This document shows positions 53,611 to 64,000 of a DNA stretch of 64,000 nucleotides, in pieces. Position 1 is the first letter of the stretch, and each line of letters begins with the position of its first letter. A program made the position numbers and the translations under genes. The notes under the pieces were generated by a model. That model worked only from the letters and a program-made list of their open reading frames with translations. It did not search any database and had not been told where the DNA came from. The DNA is from an uncultured delta proteobacterium (GTDB lineage Bacteria; Desulfobacterota; WTBG01): assembly GCA_963793865.1 (NCBI GenBank), contig CAWCBP010000001.1, forward strand, positions 1,056,001-1,120,000, written 5' to 3'.

Positions 53611-56148
53611 ATGACCATGGACACCCCTACGACACACAAGACGGTGCGGCGGCCCCTTGTTTTTGTTTTACATGCCTACCTGTGCGGAGTAGTCTGGGGC
53701 TACTATGTACCCATTCCGCGGCCGGTTCTCATACTGATCATCATTCTCCTGCTGCCGGCTGCCCTGTTCTCCTTCCGGTATAAGATGAAACAGGGAAGCG
53801 CGCTGCTGCTGCTTGGATGCTGTACGATTCTCGGACATTTGCACTTCACCGGTGCGCTGTCACCGCCGCTTCCCGCAAACCACGTAACCAATTTTACAGG
53901 GAACTGCAGGCGCATCATTGAAGGCATTCTCTATCAAGCCCCGCAGGTCTTTCCCGCCAAAACCAGATACTATGTTCTGGCAAAAAAAATCATTGAACGG
54001 GAACGGGAAGTCCCGGTAAGCGGAAAGCTGTTGCTAACCGTAAAAAACCCGCCGCCGCCGCTCGGCTATGGAGACGTGGTTCGTTTCTCCTGCACCCTCC
54101 GCCGGCCCAGAAATTTCAACAACCCCGGGAGCTTTAACTATCAGCGGTATCTGGCGTTTCAGGGAATTTTTGTCACCGCCTCACCGGATGCCAAGCATGC
54201 CATTGTCAAGGTCGGTGAATATCCGCTGAATCCGGTCTTGTGCCTGGTGGAACGCTGCCGGCGGGAGATACGGGAGTTTTTTACCGCTCATCTTGCCTCT
54301 CCGGAAGCTGAAATTGCCATCGCCCTGATCACCGGGGAACAAAGCGGCATCCCCCAGGAGATGCGCGATCAATTCTCAATCACCGGGGTGGCGCACGTGC
54401 TGGCCATTTCCGGTCTCAATATCGGGATTATCGCCCTGATCAGTCTTTACCTGATCAAGGGGCTCTGCCGATGCTCGACCAGGCTGATGCTCATGACCAA
54501 CATCACCAAACTGGCCGCCTCCATGACCCTGCTGCCGGTAATCATTTATTGCCTCATTGCGGGAGCGGGAATTGCCGCGGTACGCGCGACGGTCATGGTA
54601 ATCGCCTACCTTTTTTCCATCATCATCGACCGGCAGGATGACCTGTGGAATACTTTTGCGCTGGCGGCGTTTTGCATTCTGGTTGTGTCACCAGCATCAC
54701 TTTTTGATTGCTCATTCCAGCTTTCATTTGTATCGGTGGCCGCCATCCTGTACTTCAATCCACGGTTTTCCATCTCCTCTTTTAAAAAACCGCCTGATTT
54801 CCCCGGCCTCAGCAGGCCATGGTATCATGCCCTGGCATTGCAGGTAATGGCGGTGCTGACTGTCACTCTTTCCGCCACACTGGGCACTGCTCCGATTGTT
54901 GCCCTGTACTTCAACCGCTTCTCACCGTGGGGGATATTCGCCAACCTAATCGTCGTCCCCCTCACCGGCTTTCTGGTGGTTCCACTGGGTCTTCTCACAT
55001 CTTTTTTAATCTTTGTGGCCACGCCGCCGGCTGTGATGACTGCATCTATCATGGGGCTTCTTCTCCGCCTCTCGAACGCGGTGGTTGCCTTTTTTTCCAC
55101 CCTCCCCTGTTCCGACTATCGTATCACCACCCCTACTCTGCCGGAGCTATTCCTCTTCTATGCCGGCATATGGCTGCTTTTCATAAGCAAACACAGGCGG
55201 TGGGCGCGCTTTTGCCTGGTGCTGGTCATTGCCGCCTCCGTTATTGATTACGGCTGCTGGTACTACCGGAACAACCTGAATCCCCGTCTGTGCATTACTG
55301 CCATTGATGTGGGACAAGGCGACGCCATGCTGCTGCAGCTGCCGAAGGGTAAAACCATACTCATCGATGGCGGGGGATCATACGACAACAGTTTTGATAT
55401 CGGCGGCATGGTTGTCGCTCCGCTGCTGTGGAAGAAAAAGATCAAGCACATTGACGTCCTGGTGCTCTCTCATCCCCATCCCGATCATCTGAACGGGCTG
55501 ATATCGGTGATGAGGTATTTCAGCGTTGGAGAGGTGTGGACCAACGGTGACTCTATTGATTCAGAGGCATTCAAGGCTCTCGAGTCCCTGATAGCAGAGC
55601 GGGGAATCCGCAGGGCGGTCATCACCAGGGGCCATCCACCCGTATATATCAACGGGGTTGAGATTGAATTTCTCCATCCCGGCATGCGTGCCATCGACAG
55701 GCCGGGCACGGGCACTGATGAACACATCAACAATAATTCACTGGTCCTAAGGCTTGCATACCGGCAGGCTTCCATCCTCCTTACCGGGGATATTTGCGCG
55801 ACAGGCGAGGCCGAGATCATGGCCGCATTTCCCGGTCTCAGGAGCACCATACTTAAGGTCCCTCACCACGGCAGCGCCACATCAAGCTCGAAACCGTTTC
55901 TTGAAATGCTCCGGCCGCGCATAGCACTTTTGAGCGTGGGGAGCGGTAACAGCTTCCGGCTGCCCCATCCGGATGTTGTCAAGAGGTATGAAGAGGCGGG
56001 CTGCATGATTTTCAGGACTGACCGGGACGGTGCCATCAGTTTGGAGACAGACGGCTCACAAGTATGGATACAAACCCATGCCCCTGCGGGGGCACCGCCA
56101 TGCATCAAAATTGTTAATTTCCCTCGCCCCACCGGGGGAGAGGGTTAG
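53611..56148 (+). CDS. comEC: DNA internalization competence protein ComEC/Rec2
   Basis: OB domain NPGSFNYQRYL, HVLAISGLNI, SFQLSF; MBL domain DVGQGD, SHPHPDH, KVPHHGS. Confidence 0.95.
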   Translation: MTMDTPTTHKTVRRPLVFVLHAYLCGVVWGYYVPIPRPVLILIIILLLPAALFSFRYKMKQGSALLLLGCCTILGHLHFTGALSPPLPANHVTNFTGNCRRIIEGILYQAPQVFPAKTRYYVLAKKIIEREREVPVSGKLLLTVKNPPPPLGYGDVVRFSCTLRRPRNFNNPGSFNYQRYLAFQGIFVTASPDAKHAIVKVGEYPLNPVLCLVERCRREIREFFTAHLASPEAEIAIALITGEQSGIPQEMRDQFSITGVAHVLAISGLNIGIIALISLYLIKGLCRCSTRLMLMTNITKLAASMTLLPVIIYCLIAGAGIAAVRATVMVIAYLFSIIIDRQDDLWNTFALAAFCILVVSPASLFDCSFQLSFVSVAAILYFNPRFSISSFKKPPDFPGLSRPWYHALALQVMAVLTVTLSATLGTAPIVALYFNRFSPWGIFANLIVVPLTGFLVVPLGLLTSFLIFVATPPAVMTASIMGLLLRLSNAVVAFFSTLPCSDYRITTPTLPELFLFYAGIWLLFISKHRRWARFCLVLVIAASVIDYGCWYYRNNLNPRLCITAIDVGQGDAMLLQLPKGKTILIDGGGSYDNSFDIGGMVVAPLLWKKKIKHIDVLVLSHPHPDHLNGLISVMRYFSVGEVWTNGDSIDSEAFKALESLIAERGIRRAVITRGHPPVYINGVEIEFLHPGMRAIDRPGTGTDEHINNNSLVLRLAYRQASILLTGDICATGEAEIMAAFPGLRSTILKVPHHGSATSSSKPFLEMLRPRIALLSVGSGNSFRLPHPDVVKRYEEAGCMIFRTDRDGAISLETDGSQVWIQTHAPAGAPPCIKIVNFPRPTGGEG

Positions 56149-56158
56149 GGTGAGGGGG
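56121..56158. repeat. REP-like palindrome (CCCTC..GGAGAGGGTTAGGGTGAGGGG type)
   Basis: CCCTCGCCCC-ACCG-GGGGAGAGGG stem followed by TTAGGGTGAGGGGG; single copy in window. Confidence 0.5.
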
Positions 56159-56182
56159 TATACTGAATCTATTTCCATATTA

Positions 56183-56214
56183 AAACAGGCAGACTCTGAT
56201 CTGCCTGCCTGTTT
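56183..56214. terminator. Hairpin between convergent comEC and tRNA-Ser genes
   Basis: AAACAGGCAG..CTGCCTGTTT 10-bp inverted repeat. Confidence 0.5.
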
Positions 56215-56266
56215 ACAAAAAAATCCGGTCAGTTCTCTAATAGAACGAGCCGGGTCTTTTTAAGCA

Positions 56267-56358
56267 TGGCGGAGAGAGAGGGATTTGAACCCTCGGTTGA
56301 GCTTTCGCCCAACACTCGCTTAGCAGGCGAGCGCCTTCGACCACTCGGCCATCTCTCC
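56267..56358 (-). tRNA. tRNA-Ser (GCT)
   Basis: GGAGAGA..TCTCTCCGCCA, anticodon arm CTCGC-CTGCTAA-GCGAG, long variable arm. Confidence 0.95.
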
Positions 56359-56386
56359 GTTTATTACACTTCACACAAAAAAAATC

Positions 56387-56474
56387 TGGCGGAGGGAGTA
56401 GGATTCGAACCCACGTCACGTTTCCGTGAAACGGTTTTCAAGACCGCCGCCTTCGGCCACTCGGCCATCCCTCC
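56387..56474 (-). tRNA. tRNA-Ser (TGA)
   Basis: GGAGGGA..TCCCTCCGCCA, anticodon arm GCGGT-CTTGAAA-ACCGT, long variable arm. Confidence 0.95.
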
Positions 56475-56492
56475 GCTTGCAACTATAGCAAT

Positions 56493-56521
56493 TTTTTACC
56501 GCATCTGATCTCTCTTGTCAA
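56493..56521 (-). promoter_or_regulatory. Sigma70 promoter for the tRNA-Ser pair
   Basis: TTGACA-N17-TAAAAA. Confidence 0.6.
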
Positions 56522-56531
56522 TCCTCCCGAA

Positions 56532-57248
56532 TCACAGATTTTTCGCTGCAAATTCCCAGTTCAGCATTTTGTCGATGAGGGCGGTGACATAGTCCGCCCG
56601 GCGGTTCTGGTAATCAAGATAATAGGCATGTTCCCATACATCGATGGTGAGCAGGGGTACCCTGCCCGCGGTGAGCGGGTTGTCCGCGTTTCCCGTTTTA
56701 ACCACCTTGAGCGTGCCGCCGTCGCTGACCAGCCATGCCCATCCGCTCGCAAATTGGGTGACCGCCGCGTCAAACAGCTGCTTTTTGCATGCATCCAAGC
56801 TGCCGAATGATGCTTCGATCTTCTTCCTGAGTGACTCAGGCGGAGTGCCTCCTCCCGCCGGCTTCAGGCTCTTCCAGTAGAAGTTATGATTCAGTGTCTG
56901 CGCCGCGCTGTTGAAAAGGGCCGCCTGGTCCGGCTTGCCGGCAACAGAAGCGATAATCTTCTCCAGGGAAGCATCAGCAAGCGGGGTGCCGGACACGAGC
57001 TTGACCAGATTATCGGCATATCCACGGTGATGCTTGCCGTAGTGAAATCCAACCGTCCTCGCGGAGATGACCGGTTCCAGGGCGCTCTCCGGATACGGAA
57101 GCGGCGGCATGAGATTCGGGATGCCTGCCGCTGGGTCCGCTGCCTTCGCATTATTGCAGGCAAACGCCACCGCAGCAGCCGCACCCGCCATGAGGAACTG
57201 CCGGCGGGAAAGGCTACTGCTGCTTGATGCCATTTTTATTGTGTTCAT
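56532..57248 (-). CDS. sodB: Fe/Mn superoxide dismutase with Tat signal peptide
   Basis: SRRQFL Tat motif; [17 protein letters not shown] (Fe-type Gln position), DVWEHAYY. Confidence 0.92.
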   Translation of the reverse strand: MNTIKMASSSSSLSRRQFLMAGAAAAVAFACNNAKAADPAAGIPNLMPPLPYPESALEPVISARTVGFHYGKHHRGYADNLVKLVSGTPLADASLEKIIASVAGKPDQAALFNSAAQTLNHNFYWKSLKPAGGGTPPESLRKKIEASFGSLDACKKQLFDAAVTQFASGWAWLVSDGGTLKVVKTGNADNPLTAGRVPLLTIDVWEHAYYLDYQNRRADYVTALIDKMLNWEFAAKNL

Positions 57249-57325
57249 AATCCATCCTCCCCTCTTCTGGCTTCTCCTTCAAAGTGTGTCTTATTAATGC
57301 CCCCGAACGTTATACGACCAGGCGG

Positions 57326-57658
57326 TTACCCCTTCTCCAGCAGACGAACCCACTCAATTGCGCTCTTGTTGATGGCCACAAATCCCAGCTCGATTTCGGT
57401 GCTGCTGGTTTCCTCGCGGGTATTCACCACCGGCACAAAATGCCTGGCATCATTGATGACGTTGCTCAGCCGTTCGAGATGCGCGGGCACAAAAATATCC
57501 CCGTAGTAAATCTTACCCCCCGCCTTCAAACAGACCTTCACATATGTCCCCTTCTGTTCCCTGGCGCTGAGCACTATATTGTTGTGGCAGTACCTGCAGA
57601 CAACGGCCTCCAGTTTGATTGATTCCGCGCAGAAGGGGCAGATTTTCATCGGCTCCAT
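57326..57658 (-). CDS. Zinc-ribbon protein with small C-terminal domain of unknown function
   Basis: CPFCAE..CRYC; ERLSNVIN..FVPV..AINKSAI; GGAG RBS. Confidence 0.7.
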   Translation of the reverse strand: MEPMKICPFCAESIKLEAVVCRYCHNNIVLSAREQKGTYVKVCLKAGGKIYYGDIFVPAHLERLSNVINDARHFVPVVNTREETSSTEIELGFVAINKSAIEWVRLLEKG

Positions 57659-57699
57659 GGCATCTCCTGTGCGCTGCTCACGCCTGTTTTTCGGCAGGC

Positions 57700-58083
57700 T
57701 CAGCGATCAAAAAGGGATTTAGGTTGTGCGCCCTTGACCAGTTCCCGCGCCTCGATAATCTGCGTGTCCTTGTTCCATCGGGTATCCATCTTTCTGCCCG
57801 TGTCCTCGATATCAAAATATTTAAAGAAGGCTATGCATGAAATCGAAGCGCTCTTTCCATCGTGGGCGACCGTTACCGGGTACACGTTAGGCGATTCCTC
57901 ACGGACCGGTTTAATGCCGATGATCCGCTTGTCGGGATCATAGAAGAGTTTTATAAAGGGATACCCTTTGAGATAGTCGGTCAGGCACCGCTGTGAGAAA
58001 ACAATCCTGCCGCCTTTATTGATGGATACCGTCGCCTTATCCAGGTTCCTGGTGTGCTTTGCCGTAAATTCAATAAATGACAT
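57700..58083 (-). CDS. Hypothetical protein
   Basis: 127-aa ORF with GAGGTG RBS, co-directional with serS; TVSINKGGRIVFS..LFYD...IGIKP. Confidence 0.65.
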   Translation of the reverse strand: MSFIEFTAKHTRNLDKATVSINKGGRIVFSQRCLTDYLKGYPFIKLFYDPDKRIIGIKPVREESPNVYPVTVAHDGKSASISCIAFFKYFDIEDTGRKMDTRWNKDTQIIEARELVKGAQPKSLFDR

Positions 58084-58158
58084 GGTTGTTCACCTCTCTG
58101 CCGTGCTGTTACTCATCCCTGCGCTCAAACCGTGCGACTCATCGCATCAGGCATGCTG

Positions 58159-59447
<1,289 letters not shown>

Positions 59448-59779
59448 ATGCCGGTGTCCCTTTCTTCTTCACCGCTCCATCACACGCTGCGCGAAATTCC
59501 TTCCGTCTCCCGCTCCGCGCGCACCGGTAAATTGATTGTTTTTAACATCTTAACAACATATCGTCAATAAAATAGTTTTTTCGGGATTACCGGTCTGATC
59601 TCCGATATCAACCACCGGTGAATTGCCTCGCAACAGCGCTGCGGGGTATTCCGGCACGTCTTGATTTATCAGTAAGCCGGGCTTTACAAAACAGCTTTTT
59701 ATTGATTACCTGGTCAAATGCGGCTATCATACCCCATGTCGAGCAGTGTTGAGCAAAAAATACACGCGGTGAGTGCCGA

Positions 59780-61141
59780 ATGCCTTCGGGAAAAAGAAAA
59801 AATCTGCACGGATTGATAGGGCTGGCCATTCTGGTCGCAGCCCAATTGCTCCTGATGAAGAAGGTTGAACCTGTTGCATCCTGGTTTTACTACTTCGCCT
59901 GGTGGCCCTATATTTTAATCGCCGACAGCCTCATTTACCGGATGAAAGGCAATTCCCTGCTCATGGACAGACGTGGTGAGTTCCTGGTACTGCTGCTGTG
60001 GTCGGTGGTCATATGGACCCTGTTTGAGGCTGTCAATCTCTTCCTGCAAAACTGGTACTACGTCAACGTCATACCCCTGTGGGTGATTCGATGGCCCGGT
60101 TACGCGCTGGCCTATGCCACGGTTCTGCCCGGCCTTTTTGAAACCGCGGAACTTCTGGCAGCGCTGGGGCTCTTCAAATACAGCCGAGTCAGGCCTCGAT
60201 CCATCAGCCTATCGATGCAACAATGCCTTTTCGCCCTTGGTATCGTTTCTCTGGCCCTCGTCTTCCTGTTTCCTGATTACTGCTATCCGCTCATATGGGG
60301 TTCGCTTACCTTTATTCTGGAACCCGTCAACTATCGTTGGGGAACAAAATCGATCCTGCGAGATTGGGAGCGGGGTACCACCCGCATGTTCTTTCTGCTG
60401 CTCACTGCGGGGATTGTCTGCGGCATGCTGTGGGAGTTCTGGAATTTCCGGGCAAGGACCAAGTGGATTTACACTGTCCCCTTCTTTGAAGAATTGAAGC
60501 TCTTCGAAATGCCCCTGCTTGGCTTCCTGGGCTTTCCGCCCTTCACGGTGGAATGTTACTGCCTGTACAATTTCATAAGCATCTTCCGCCATGGGCGGAG
60601 CTGGGAGGAAGATAGTTATAGACTAAATCAACACAAAAAGGTACACTCCTCTTTAATTATGTTGACGATTATAGGGGGAATTTTCTTCTGTGCCGTCACC
60701 TTTCATGCCATGGACAGTAAGACGGTCAATTCCTATTGGTCTTCAGTATCTGATCTGCAGGGCATACCGCCTGCCGCTGCCGATTCGCTGGCGGCCTCCG
60801 GCATCCGCACTCCCGGGGCACTGCTGGCCGTCTCTTCCTCCCCGGCTGATCGGGAAGGGCTCGCGCAGCGTCTTTCCGTTTCGGCGGCAGATATCGAATC
60901 CTGGCGGCACTGCGCTGAACTCTCTGAGCTGAAAGGGATGGGTGCCCGGAACGCGAATATGCTCATACAAGCAGGAATAAAAGATAGCGCAGCGCTTGCG
61001 GCTCAGGATCCGGCAGCCCTCCATGCGCGGCTTGTCCGGGACTATGCTGTCTCCGACGGCAATCACACGTTTCCGCCCCGGACGGCAATCCTGCGCATCT
61101 GGATACGCGAAGCACGAAAGATGACCGGGCATAGCGGATGA
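59780..61141 (+). CDS. Multi-pass membrane protein with C-terminal HhH-like (DUF4332-like) domain
   Basis: About 9 TM segments with FE..N..QNWYY and WEFWN..KWIY; C-terminus LQGIPP..L.ASGI and LKGMG...A.ML..AGI. Confidence 0.7.
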   Translation: MPSGKRKNLHGLIGLAILVAAQLLLMKKVEPVASWFYYFAWWPYILIADSLIYRMKGNSLLMDRRGEFLVLLLWSVVIWTLFEAVNLFLQNWYYVNVIPLWVIRWPGYALAYATVLPGLFETAELLAALGLFKYSRVRPRSISLSMQQCLFALGIVSLALVFLFPDYCYPLIWGSLTFILEPVNYRWGTKSILRDWERGTTRMFFLLLTAGIVCGMLWEFWNFRARTKWIYTVPFFEELKLFEMPLLGFLGFPPFTVECYCLYNFISIFRHGRSWEEDSYRLNQHKKVHSSLIMLTIIGGIFFCAVTFHAMDSKTVNSYWSSVSDLQGIPPAAADSLAASGIRTPGALLAVSSSPADREGLAQRLSVSAADIESWRHCAELSELKGMGARNANMLIQAGIKDSAALAAQDPAALHARLVRDYAVSDGNHTFPPRTAILRIWIREARKMTGHSG

Positions 61142-62421
61142 AAAAACTCGCGTCTTCTCAAAAGATTCGCGTTCCTTCGTTCCTGCTGACGGCATTTCAC
61201 CTGCTTTCCCTCTCAGTCAGTGATTTTTTCAGAAACAGATGCGTCCTCTGGGCGGCCGCGCTCACCTACACCACGGTATTTGCCCTTATTCCCATGCTGG
61301 CCGTGACCTTCTCCCTCTTCCATGCCTTCGGCGCGCTTAAAGGGCTCGAAGATAAGATCCGCCCGTTTATTCTTCAGGTTCTGGTTCCCGGGGCCCAGGA
61401 AAAACTGATCGGCACCATAAACACCCTGATTGAACGCCTTAACGCCGGTGCAATCAGCGCCGTAGGAACAGTGCTGGTGTTTCTCGCCGCCGTCTTTCTC
61501 ATGGCGCAGCTGGAGGTTATTTTAAATGAAATCTGGGGTCTCAAGAAGCACCGGCCCTTCTTCTACCGGCTTGCGCTTTACTGGACGGCAATCACCTTCG
61601 GTCCGCCCCTTATGGCCCTGTCCATCGCCATTCCCGCCACCCTGAGAAGCTACCGTGCCGCCGCGTGGCTGGAGCATTACATCAGCGTCGACCTGTTCCG
61701 CTTCCTTCCCTACGTGTTCGTCTGGCTGATGTTTACCGGCCTCTATCTGTTCATGCCCAACACCCGGGTCAGGTTTTCGGCAGCCGCGCTGGGCGCCGTC
61801 GTGGGGGGCACGCTCTGGCAGATTGCGGGCGTTGGATTTACGCTCTATACCTCGACCGTGCTGGTCTATTCCGCCCTGTACGGCTCGCTCGGCGTCATCC
61901 CGCTTTTCTTCCTCTGGCTGTTCATCAGCTGGATCATCTTTCTGCTGGGGGCGGAACTGTCATTCGTGTTTCAAAACTATTCCCTGCTCCGCAACGGCCT
62001 GAAGGTATACTCGCCATCCTATAAGGAGCGCGAATACCTCTCGCTGCGCATCATTCTTGTCATCGCCAAAAATTTTCTTGAGGGCAAGAGCCCCCTCGGT
62101 CTCAACGCAATCGCCGAGCGCCTCAGGCTGCCGCTTCATCTCACCGGCGAGCTTATCGATTCAATGGCGCGGCAAAACCTTTTAATCAAGCTCAACCAGG
62201 GCAGGCAGGACGTGTACCTGCCCTCAAGAAATTTAGACGCCATCACCATGAGCGACATCATACAGGCCGTGCAGGGCAACCAGAGCCTGGCAACGGAAAG
62301 CGCCGAAGACCGCGTCATACTGGAGGCGGTGATCACCAGCGAAAAGACGTTTGCCGCCTGTGCCGGAAACAAGAACCTGAGAAGCATTCTTGATGAACTG
62401 GAAGCGCTGGGAAAGATGTAA
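61138..62421 (+). CDS. YihY/BrkB family membrane protein with Rrf2-like wHTH
   Basis: AAALTYTTVFALIP, LNEIW, LYGSLGVIP.F.LW; C-terminal YLPSR.LDAIT..DI. Confidence 0.85.
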   Translation: MKKLASSQKIRVPSFLLTAFHLLSLSVSDFFRNRCVLWAAALTYTTVFALIPMLAVTFSLFHAFGALKGLEDKIRPFILQVLVPGAQEKLIGTINTLIERLNAGAISAVGTVLVFLAAVFLMAQLEVILNEIWGLKKHRPFFYRLALYWTAITFGPPLMALSIAIPATLRSYRAAAWLEHYISVDLFRFLPYVFVWLMFTGLYLFMPNTRVRFSAAALGAVVGGTLWQIAGVGFTLYTSTVLVYSALYGSLGVIPLFFLWLFISWIIFLLGAELSFVFQNYSLLRNGLKVYSPSYKEREYLSLRIILVIAKNFLEGKSPLGLNAIAERLRLPLHLTGELIDSMARQNLLIKLNQGRQDVYLPSRNLDAITMSDIIQAVQGNQSLATESAEDRVILEAVITSEKTFAACAGNKNLRSILDELEALGKM

Positions 62422-62450
62422 CGGGGAGCTGTTTCCCGTTCACATCCCTC

Positions 62451-63107
62451 CTATGTTTCAACAAAGGTAAGACCCTCACGGATGGCGATTTTGGTGAGCT
62501 CCGCCACGCTTTTTACCCGCAGCTTGTGCATGATGTGGCTGCGGTGCGCGGCGACGGTTTTTTCGCTCAGGCTGAGAGCAAGGGCTATGTGCCGGGTGCT
62601 TTTCCCTTCGGAAATGAGCTGCAGCACCTCGCGCTCGCGCCTGCTGAGCATGCGGGCGGGCCTGGCGGCGGCATCCGGTTCCGCGCGCTCAGCGCAACAC
62701 TCCTGCTGCGGCGCAGCCAGGGCCGGGCTCAGATAGGTTTGATTGCGGCTCACGGCATGCAGCGCGTTTTTCAGCTCTTCAAATGCGTCATCCTTGAGCA
62801 GATAGCCCGACGCTCCTGCCTCAAGCATCTCCCTGACAAACCTCCTGTCGGAGTGCATGGACAGGGCTACGACCTTTACCTGGGGCATGTCGGCAAGAAT
62901 CCTGCGCGTGACTTCGATACCGCTCAGGTCGGGCATGGTAATATCCATGAGCACCACATCCGGTCTGCGCTCGAGGGCCATGCGAACCGCCGTTTCTCCC
63001 CCGTCCGCTTCGCCGATCACCTCGATGTCCGGCTCATTTTCAAGCAGGGCGTGAATGCCCTCCCTCATAATTTTGTGGTCATCAGCCAGCATCACCCTCA
63101 TGCTCAT
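62451..63107 (-). CDS. NarL/LuxR family response regulator
   Basis: LADDH, MDITMPD, GYLLKD, LSRREREVL..KTV..HR..IM.KL. Confidence 0.93.
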   Translation of the reverse strand: MSMRVMLADDHKIMREGIHALLENEPDIEVIGEADGGETAVRMALERRPDVVLMDITMPDLSGIEVTRRILADMPQVKVVALSMHSDRRFVREMLEAGASGYLLKDDAFEELKNALHAVSRNQTYLSPALAAPQQECCAERAEPDAAARPARMLSRREREVLQLISEGKSTRHIALALSLSEKTVAAHRSHIMHKLRVKSVAELTKIAIREGLTFVET

Positions 63108-63138
63108 GGGACAGCCCCTTTTACATGGCCCTTCATTT

Positions 63139-63789
63139 TCATTCCACGGATGTCAGGCCTTCCCGGATGGCATACTTGGTAAGCTCGGCGATGCTGTTGA
63201 GGCCGAGTTTATCCATGATCTGCTTCCGGTGGGTTTCAACCGTCTTAACGCTCACATATAATTTTGCGGCAACATCCCTGGTGGACTTTCCTTCGGCAAT
63301 CAGTTGCAGCACTTCGCGCTCCCTGGCGCTCAGCGCCGTGGAGACAATGGAATCCTTAGGCACATGTTCATTGACGTAATCCTTGACCACCGTATCCGTT
63401 ATCTGCGGGCTCAGGTAGGTCTTGTTTTTTAAAACCGTGGCTATGGCCATGCCCAGCTCTTCAAACGCGGCATCCTTGAGCAGATAGCCGGAGGCGCCGG
63501 CGGCGAGCATTTCTTTCACGTATTTTTTATCGGAATGCATGGAGAGCGCAATCACCTTAATATCAGGCGCCTGCCTGGTAATCTGCCGCGCGGCATCAAT
63601 GCCGTTCAGGTCCGGCATGGATATGTCTATGACAACCACATCGGGGTGAAGCTGGGCGCACAGTTCAATCACTCCCCTTCCGCTGTCCGCTTCCGCAATC
63701 ACCTCAATTTCCTTCTGTTTTGCCAGCAGGGCCCGCAAACCCTCACGCATGATTTTGTGGTCATCAGCCAGAATAAGCCGCACGCTCAT
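63139..63789 (-). CDS. NarL/LuxR family response regulator
   Basis: LADDH, IDISMPD, LSAREREVL..VSVKTVETHRKQIMDKL; AAGGAGGT RBS before ATG 63789. Confidence 0.93.
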   Translation of the reverse strand: MSVRLILADDHKIMREGLRALLAKQKEIEVIAEADSGRGVIELCAQLHPDVVVIDISMPDLNGIDAARQITRQAPDIKVIALSMHSDKKYVKEMLAAGASGYLLKDAAFEELGMAIATVLKNKTYLSPQITDTVVKDYVNEHVPKDSIVSTALSAREREVLQLIAEGKSTRDVAAKLYVSVKTVETHRKQIMDKLGLNSIAELTKYAIREGLTSVE

Positions 63790-63802
63790 AGCGCACCTCC
63801 TT

Positions 63803-64000
63803 TTAAGCTCCGTGCTGCACCAGCGGCAGATCCAGGGAGATCCTCGTTCCATGGCGCAGCCTCGAGTCCACCGTGAGCGCCCCCCCCAGGTGCTGAAAAC
63901 GCTCCTTGATGCTGAAAATCCCGTACCCGCCGCCGCTGCCTACCTGGAATCCATCAGGACTGATCAAAAATCCCTGGCCGTCGTCTTCGACACATACATG
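63803..64000 (-). CDS. C-terminus of NarX/UhpB-type histidine kinase (partial; frameshift in G run near 63885)
   Basis: VEDDGQGF..GYGIFSIKER..LGG/LTVDS..GTRISLDLPL HATPase G-boxes. Confidence 0.8.
   Translation of the reverse strand, partial: HVCVEDDGQGFLISPDGFQVGSGGGYGIFSIKERFQHLGGALTVDSRLRHGTRISLDLPLVQHGA

Noticed and set aside
56266..56508. ORFs overlapping tRNAs (also 38770-39024)
   Set aside because: Spurious translations of tRNA genes.
56267..58158. Genomic island integrated at tRNA-Ser
   Set aside because: The extra genes lie 5' of the tRNAs; no duplicated tRNA 3' end or integrase was found.

Overview
Bacterial chromosomal window, most consistent with Desulfobacterota (deltaproteobacteria) from gene content and order; this taxonomy is inferred. 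The left ~32 kb is a type IV pilin-centred surface-glycosylation locus. It holds a sigma54-driven pilA, pilR/pilS and five GT-C-type membrane glycosyltransferases (O-antigen-ligase/PglL-like, two TMTC-like TPR proteins, one DUF2723/TMEM260-like, one YfhO-like). It also holds a Wzm/Wzt exporter and many tailoring enzymes: 5 soluble GTs, 2 sulfotransferases, 3 methyltransferases, an AsnB amidotransferase, a DesI/VioA-like aminotransferase, a GNAT and a radical SAM enzyme. pilR-pilS sit at the end of a PyrR-attenuated pyrR-pyrB-pyrC operon. The right half is mostly core genome: two sulfatase-fold genes, lepB, tRNA-Gly, rimP-nusA-infB-rbfA-truB-rpsO-pnp, tlyA-dxs-xseBA, comEC, two tRNA-Ser, a Tat-exported Fe/Mn SOD, serS, yihY and tandem NarL regulators. 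Many genes, including essential serS, carry single-base frameshifts that look like sequencing/assembly errors, so frameshift positions and some gene boundaries are approximate. No CRISPR array, transposase or integrase was seen; several REP/REPIN-like and heptamer repeats are present.
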